From positions 1 through 64,000 of the forward strand of contig JBDRRF010000066.1 of assembly GCA_043825875.1 (NCBI GenBank): DNA of 64,000 nt. The letters are read 5' to 3'. Positions 58,144 to 64,000 of the stretch are shown here, in pieces. Source of the stretch: Pseudomonadota bacterium. GTDB taxonomy: Bacteria; Desulfobacterota; Desulfobacteria; Desulfobacterales; RPRI01. Below the pieces are notes generated by a model, which had not been told where the DNA came from, did no database searches, and worked only from the letters and a program-made list of their open reading frames with translations. The position numbers and the translations under genes are program-made. Position 1 is the first letter of the stretch. Each line of letters begins with the position of its first letter.

Positions 58144-59280
58144 ATGAAAGTGCCTCTTCTAGATTTAAAAGCACAATATAGCAGTATTAAAGAAGAAATT
58201 TTAAAAATAACCGCTGATATATATGAAAGCCAGTATTTTATTTTAGGTCCGCATGTAGAAAAACTGGAAAATGAAATAGCAAACTATTGTTCAACAAAAT
58301 ATGCTCTCGGAGTATCATCAGGCACTGATGCGCTTCTTCTTGCACTTATGGCATCGGGAATAGGGCCTGGAGATAGTGTACTCACCTCACCCTATACTTT
58401 TTTTGCAACAGCCGGATCAATAGTTAGAGCCGATGCAAAACCTATTTTTGTAGATATTGATCCTGACACTTACAACATTTCCCCCGAAAAGATATTAAAG
58501 ACAATTTCCTCAATGGGAAAAAATGAGCGGAAATCTTTAAAGGCTATTATGCCTGTTCATCTTTACGGACAATGTGCAGACATGGGGGCTATACTTGAAA
58601 TTGCAGAAAATAATAATCTTCTGGTAATAGAAGATGCGGCTCAGGCTATCGGTTCTGAATATAAAAAAAAGCGGGCCGGATCTTTTGGAGATTTCGGCTG
58701 TTTTTCTTTCTTCCCTTCGAAAAATCTCGGGGCTTTTGGAGACGGAGGGATTATTACTACAAATTCTTCAACATTTTATGAAAAAATGCAAATTCTAAGG
58801 GTTCATGGTTCCCATCCCAAATATTACCACAAATATATAGGAGGTAATTTCAGGCTTGACGCTCTTCAGGCTGCAATTGTATCAGTTAAATTAAAATATC
58901 TTGACCAATGGACTGCCGCAAGGCAAAATAATGCACAAAAATACAGACTGCTATTTGACAAAGCCGGTCTTTCTGAAAGAATAACTCTTCCTTCCGAAAA
59001 AGAAAACCGCCATATATATAATCAGTTTATAATAAAAGTGTCCGGAAAAAGAGATGAACTAAGATCTTATTTAAATGATGCCGGAATAGGCAGTGAAATT
59101 TACTATCCGGTGCCACTCCATCTTCAGGAATGTTTTTCGTATCTTGGCTATAAGAAAGGTGATATGCCTGTTTCGGAGGATTCTTCCGCAAATACTATTG
59201 CATTGCCCATTTACCCCGAACTTACTGACGATATGCAGATTTATGTGGTAGAAAAAATAAAAGAGTTTTATCAAGCATAG
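58144..59280 (+). CDS. DegT/DnrJ/EryC1/StrS sugar aminotransferase
   Basis: SSGTDAL, VHLYGQ, EDAAQA, SFFPSKNLG. Confidence 0.95.
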   Translation: MKVPLLDLKAQYSSIKEEILKITADIYESQYFILGPHVEKLENEIANYCSTKYALGVSSGTDALLLALMASGIGPGDSVLTSPYTFFATAGSIVRADAKPIFVDIDPDTYNISPEKILKTISSMGKNERKSLKAIMPVHLYGQCADMGAILEIAENNNLLVIEDAAQAIGSEYKKKRAGSFGDFGCFSFFPSKNLGAFGDGGIITTNSSTFYEKMQILRVHGSHPKYYHKYIGGNFRLDALQAAIVSVKLKYLDQWTAARQNNAQKYRLLFDKAGLSERITLPSEKENRHIYNQFIIKVSGKRDELRSYLNDAGIGSEIYYPVPLHLQECFSYLGYKKGDMPVSEDSSANTIALPIYPELTDDMQIYVVEKIKEFYQA

Positions 59281-59408
59281 ATTAAGATTGAAATTTCGGA
59301 TAATACAATGAGGGTTGATTTGTCAAAAAATATTGACATATTAATAAATTTTTGATTTTATTAGCAAGAATTTCATAAGAACCTTTTCAACCATAACCAA
59401 ATTGTTAT

Positions 59409-60038
59409 ATGGGAAATTTAAATATGAAAATTCATAAAAAACTAAACTTTATAATTACTTTATTTTTTTTAATTACTTTTCTCCCGGCATGTGTTTCGCC
59501 CCTGCAAAAAAGCAATTTAACTCCGCCCTTAAAAACAGCCGATAAAACTGCTGTTGATAGTAATACTTATATTATAGGTGCGGAAGATGTCCTTGATATC
59601 TTTGTCTGGAGGGAAGCATCTTTGACAAAATCCGTTACTGTCAGGATGGATGGGAAAATATCTTTACCTCTTACAGACGATATCCAGGCCGCAGGCCTTA
59701 CGCCTTTACAACTTAAAGAAGTTATAACAACCAAACTTAAAAACTTCATTGAAAACCCGACAGTTTCTGTAACAGTAATTCAGGCAAACAGTTATAAAGT
59801 ATATGTCACCGGCCAGGTAAAAAATCCAGGGGTTTTCAGACTTCGCAGTGAAACTTCCTTTCTACAGCTAATAGTTATAATAGGAGGTTTTACCGATTGG
59901 GCAGATCAAAAAAATATTGAAATTATAAGAAAAGAAAACGGAACAGAAAAAAGAATTCCGATAAATTATGAGAAACTTGTTGAAGGTAAAGAACCTGATA
60001 TTGCAATTAAAAACGGAGATACGGTAATAGTGCCATGA
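59409..60038 (+). CDS. Wza-like polysaccharide export lipoprotein
   Basis: Lipobox LPAC, YIIGAEDVL, VRMDGKISLP, GQVKNPG. Confidence 0.9.
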   Translation: MGNLNMKIHKKLNFIITLFFLITFLPACVSPLQKSNLTPPLKTADKTAVDSNTYIIGAEDVLDIFVWREASLTKSVTVRMDGKISLPLTDDIQAAGLTPLQLKEVITTKLKNFIENPTVSVTVIQANSYKVYVTGQVKNPGVFRLRSETSFLQLIVIIGGFTDWADQKNIEIIRKENGTEKRIPINYEKLVEGKEPDIAIKNGDTVIVP

Positions 60039-61354
60039 AAAAAACATATTTAGCAGTATACCTTTTATCGCAAAAGATGTGCTATTTTTCGGCAATTAAA
60101 CTTCTGACAGTTTTTTTTCTGATTTTATTTATACCGGTGTTTGGTTTTTCCGCCGACACATTTTCACAAGACAGGTTTCATCCTTATATTTCTGTAGAAG
60201 AAGAGTATAATGATAACCTTGATCTTACCTCCAAAAATGAAAAAAAAGATTTTATTACTACAATCAAGCCCGGTTTAAAATATTCAAATTCAGATGCAAA
60301 ATCCGGGATAGACCTTGATTATAATGCCGGTTTTGTGTTTTACGGGCAACATGAGAATTTAAACTATATTAGCCACAATGCTTTATTAAATGCCAAATAT
60401 CTTACAAAAGAGCATTTCAATTTCTTTCTAAAGGACTCTTTCATCCGTTCGGATGATCCAAGAGAAAGAGAATACTTTACACCCGTTGCCGAAAACAAGT
60501 TTGTTCTTTCCACCGAAACACAAAGAGAAAAATACTGGCGGAATGTTTTATCACCGACTGTAGAATACCAGTTCGGGCCACAAAACCGGATCGGAGTCAA
60601 TTATCGAAACAATATATACAAGATAGACAGCTCTAATCCGGATGACAGCCAGGAAGATTTTGTTAATCCTTTTTTTTCATGGAAGCTTGATCAGAAAAAT
60701 GACATCTATTTAGATTATGGCTACACCATTGGAAATTTTGAGAGCTCTGCAGATTTTACAGGCCATAAAGCAACTATGCGTTACACAAACCATTTTAGTC
60801 CAAAATCATCCGTTTTTGGAGAATACAATTTTTCAGCGCGAAACTTTGATCCCCCAAGTGTTGATTACGATATCCATCAGCCATTTATAGGAATATCTTA
60901 TGCATTTAATCCAAATTTTGATGCAAGCGCCCAGATAGGATATTTTGTTAAAGATCCGGAAACCGGTTCACGTACAGACGGTATAAGTTATAAAGCCGGG
61001 ATAACTAACCGGGATGTAAAAACTTCATATGTCCTAAGCTTGCAGGGCGGATATAATGAAGATTATTTCACTTCAGAAAATCTCGGATTTAGCCGATATC
61101 ACAGATTGACTGGATCCATAACACATTCTATTGCGATGAGAACTTCTATTGGTTTATATGGAAATGTTGAGCGATCCACGTTTGATACCGGCAAGAAAGA
61201 CTGGATCTGGGGTACAGGTTGTAATCTGTCACACAGACCTTTGAAATGGCTGACACTATATCTGGACATATCGCACAGGAACAGAGATTCCAACACATCT
61301 ACAGACGATTACACTGAAAACAGAGGAATTTTAAAAATCACTGCAACATACTAA
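60035..61354 (+). CDS. EPS-associated outer-membrane beta-barrel protein
   Basis: EEYNDN start motif, alternating aromatic strands, C-terminal YTENR...ATY. Confidence 0.8.
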   Translation: MKKTYLAVYLLSQKMCYFSAIKLLTVFFLILFIPVFGFSADTFSQDRFHPYISVEEEYNDNLDLTSKNEKKDFITTIKPGLKYSNSDAKSGIDLDYNAGFVFYGQHENLNYISHNALLNAKYLTKEHFNFFLKDSFIRSDDPREREYFTPVAENKFVLSTETQREKYWRNVLSPTVEYQFGPQNRIGVNYRNNIYKIDSSNPDDSQEDFVNPFFSWKLDQKNDIYLDYGYTIGNFESSADFTGHKATMRYTNHFSPKSSVFGEYNFSARNFDPPSVDYDIHQPFIGISYAFNPNFDASAQIGYFVKDPETGSRTDGISYKAGITNRDVKTSYVLSLQGGYNEDYFTSENLGFSRYHRLTGSITHSIAMRTSIGLYGNVERSTFDTGKKDWIWGTGCNLSHRPLKWLTLYLDISHRNRDSNTSTDDYTENRGILKITATY

Positions 61355-61374
61355 TAAAAGTTCAACAAACCATA

Positions 61375-61539
61375 GAGCCGGTTTCAAAACGTTTCAGTTT
61401 GGTCAAGCTCAAGGCAGGCGAAAATTTTAACCGCAGGAATACATGGCGTATTTCGAGGATAGCGCTAATGCTTCACTTCGTGCAAAATTTGAGCCCAACG
61501 CTTAAGATCGGCCAAAATGGGGCGTTTTGCAATTGGCTC
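61375..61539 (+). mobile_element. MITE-like element, copy 4
   Basis: GAGCCGGTTTCAAAACG...CGTTTTGCAATTGGCTC flanked by duplicated CATA. Confidence 0.88.
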
Positions 61540-61559
61540 CATAGACGGAAATTAAAACC

Positions 61560-63071
61560 ATGATTAATTCGGCACGTTCTTACAGCATCATTGATTATGT
61601 TGAAATATTTAAAAGAAGAATCTGGTATTTTATTATTCCTTTTTTTATCATACTGCCAGGCACTATACTTTATGCCGTCTATGCACCCAGAATATATAAA
61701 GCGTCAACGCTTGTTCTTGTTTCACCGCAAAAGGTTCCGGAAGCATTTGTTCAATCCACTGTAACATCACGCATCGAAGAGCGTTTACAGTCTATTTCAC
61801 AGGAGGTAATGAGCAGGACCCGCCTGGAACAGGTAATGGATGAATTTAAGTTATACCGTGAAGAAAGTAAAAACCTTTCCAAGGAACAACTTGTTGGGTT
61901 GATGCAAAAAAATATCAAAGTAGAACTTCCTTCCAGAAAAGAAGAAAAAACCTATTTTACCATAGCATATACCGGCATAAATCCAGAAATTGTCGCTGCA
62001 GTTGCCAACAGATTGACATCTCTTTTCATTGAAGAAAATCTCAAGCTAAGAGAACAGCAGGCAACCGGAACAACGGAATTTTTGACAGCCGAACTTGCTT
62101 CATCAAAAAAAAGGCTGGAAGAACTGGAAATGCAAGTCAGCCTGTATAAAAAACGATATATGGGTGAATTGCCGGAGCAACTTGACACCAGCTTGAAAAT
62201 TTTAGAACAGCTTCAAAACCAGTACCAGAGAATAGGAGAAAATCTTAACGCTGCCCAGGACCGGAAACTATTTATCCAGAAGCAGATCTCAGACCTTGAA
62301 TCGCCGACTACAGCCTCGGAAACCGGAACAATCGGACTAAAAGATAATGCACTGGCCGGACCCTTGTCTGCTTCTGCGAACAGACTGGCACCGGCTCAAT
62401 CAGGAGCAAAAAATAAAAGTTCATATGAGTTGCAAAAAGATGCCTTGACAAAACTTTTAGATGAATTAACTTCCCAGTATACTGAAAATCATCCTGATGT
62501 AATTATAACAAAGAAAAAACTTGCCGATCTCGAAACCAAACATGAATCTGATGAAGATACGGTTCAAGAGTTATATAATCTCAAAAAAGACCCTCGCTAC
62601 ATAGAATTAAACAATCAGCTTCAGATAGTCGATCTTGAAATAAAACAATATCAAACAGAAATAGTCAGCATATCAAAACAAATAACTATCTACAGAACAA
62701 GGATTGAAAACATACCATCACGCGAGCAGGAAATGGCTTCGCTTATGCGGGAATACAGTAAAACAAAAGAAAATTATGAAACCTTGTTCAAAAAGAGCCA
62801 GGAAGCTCAGCAGGCGGAAAATCTGGAGTTTAAACAAAAAGGAGAACAATTTAAGATAATTGATCCGGCTCGTGTTCCTGAAAAACCTTTCTCACCGGAT
62901 ATTAATAAAGTCCTTCTTATCGGTTTTGCACTTTGTATAGGATGCAGCATCGGACTAGTCATTTTACGCGAACAGATGGATACATCTTTTCACGATGCGG
63001 AAGATGTTGAGCTGGTTCTTGGATTAAGAGTGATAGCTACTATACCGACTATCGAGAAAGAAGCAGCCTGA
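61560..63071 (+). CDS. Wzc/GumC-like polysaccharide chain-length determinant without fused kinase
   Basis: N- and C-terminal TM segments, coiled coils, YTENHPDV, FKIIDPARVP. Confidence 0.9.
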   Translation: MINSARSYSIIDYVEIFKRRIWYFIIPFFIILPGTILYAVYAPRIYKASTLVLVSPQKVPEAFVQSTVTSRIEERLQSISQEVMSRTRLEQVMDEFKLYREESKNLSKEQLVGLMQKNIKVELPSRKEEKTYFTIAYTGINPEIVAAVANRLTSLFIEENLKLREQQATGTTEFLTAELASSKKRLEELEMQVSLYKKRYMGELPEQLDTSLKILEQLQNQYQRIGENLNAAQDRKLFIQKQISDLESPTTASETGTIGLKDNALAGPLSASANRLAPAQSGAKNKSSYELQKDALTKLLDELTSQYTENHPDVIITKKKLADLETKHESDEDTVQELYNLKKDPRYIELNNQLQIVDLEIKQYQTEIVSISKQITIYRTRIENIPSREQEMASLMREYSKTKENYETLFKKSQEAQQAENLEFKQKGEQFKIIDPARVPEKPFSPDINKVLLIGFALCIGCSIGLVILREQMDTSFHDAEDVELVLGLRVIATIPTIEKEAA

Positions 63072-63073
63072 AA

Positions 63074-64000
63074 ATGTATGAAAAGTATTATGGTTTAATA
63101 AATAAGCCTTTTGAAATAACACCTGATCCCGGATTTTTCTTTTTTAGTGAAAAACATAAAGAAGCACTTGCTCATCTTAAATATGCAGTAAGGGAAGGAA
63201 AAGGATTCAGCCTCATTACAGGAGAAGTAGGCACAGGGAAAACCACTCTAGTGCACATGCTTTTAAGTAATTTGGGCCCGAATGTTCGTACCGCGAACAT
63301 TTTTAATCCTATAATGTCGCCCGGTGATTTTATCACTTATGTTTGTATTGATCTTGGAATAAAAACAACTACTGATAAATCACGCGGGCATAATCTGATG
63401 TTGCTTTATAATTTTCTTCTGGATTGTTTTAATAAAAAGCAATTGGTTTTTTTGATAATCGATGAAGCCCAGTGCATGAACCCAAAAATCCTGGAAGAAG
63501 TCAGATTATTAACAAATTTTGAAACTTCAAAAAACAAGCTGCTCCATATAATTCTTCTGGGACAACCTGAATTAAACGAAACTATAGCCGACACCAGATT
63601 CAGAGCCTTAAAACAAAGAATTACCGTTCGTTATAACTTGAGCGAATTTAATTTTAGTGAAACAAAAGAGTATATACAATACAGACTTAAAAAAGCGGGA
63701 GGCCGTAATCTTTCTTTATTCGACAAAAGCTCCATAAAAGAAATATATAAATATTCAAAAGGCACCCCCCGTTTGATAAATACTGTATGTGATAATGCTC
63801 TTATCATTGGATTTGCACGTAATTTAAGACGTATCGGGAAACCGGTTATTTTAGAAGCCATCAGAGATCTGGAAGGATTGCAGGACAATAAGAAAAAACT
63901 AATTTTGCCCGTAATCTTATTTGTTATTTTAATTCTTATTTGCACAATGGTTACCATATTTATAATTTATCCGGATTTTTTTGAAAAAATTATTCATAAT
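63074..64000 (+). CDS. ExeA/GspA-like AAA ATPase (runs off the window)
   Basis: Manual translation MYEKYYGL..KPF.ITPDP.F...GEVGTGKTT...IIDEAQ...LLGQPEL...GTPRLINTVCDNAL. Confidence 0.9.
   Translation, partial: MYEKYYGLINKPFEITPDPGFFFFSEKHKEALAHLKYAVREGKGFSLITGEVGTGKTTLVHMLLSNLGPNVRTANIFNPIMSPGDFITYVCIDLGIKTTTDKSRGHNLMLLYNFLLDCFNKKQLVFLIIDEAQCMNPKILEEVRLLTNFETSKNKLLHIILLGQPELNETIADTRFRALKQRITVRYNLSEFNFSETKEYIQYRLKKAGGRNLSLFDKSSIKEIYKYSKGTPRLINTVCDNALIIGFARNLRRIGKPVILEAIRDLEGLQDNKKKLILPVILFVILILICTMVTIFIIYPDFFEKIIHN

Noticed and set aside
1..64000. tRNA, rRNA, riboswitch, prophage or autonomous IS
   Set aside because: None recognised by eye; tRNAscan-SE, Infernal/Rfam and ISEScan would be needed to exclude them.

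Overview
AT-rich bacterial chromosomal segment. Gene content and repeat style suggest a sulfate-reducing Desulfobacterales-like organism (inference). The left half (1-36 kb) is accessory. It holds a Tat-lipoprotein SdhA/FrdA-family flavoprotein with a truncated Fe-S partner, a multi-sensor sigma-54 activator, an MscS channel, a metzincin-like peptidase, higBA, a GAF-GGDEF protein, rsgA, SulP and CLC transporters and glycosyltransferases. The right half is mostly housekeeping (mltA, moaC, pyk, holA, lgt, lspA, ileS, tsaB, lon, pilD, guaB, dnaE), followed by the start of an exopolysaccharide export locus (manC, DegT aminotransferase, wza, beta-barrel, wzc-like, ExeA-like ATPase). The most notable feature is a divergent cluster at 17.7-24.8 kb: hybrid histidine kinase and periplasmic binding protein on the minus strand; TonB-dependent receptor, an uncalled 41-aa Cys-Cys precursor peptide (23320-23445, geopeptide-like) and a radical SAM/SPASM maturase on the plus strand. 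It looks like a RiPP-based peptide signalling or uptake-and-sensing circuit. Also found: four copies of a MITE-like element with terminal inverted repeats, a collapsed alcohol dehydrogenase gene remnant, an uncalled 37-aa basic protein and several other repeats.
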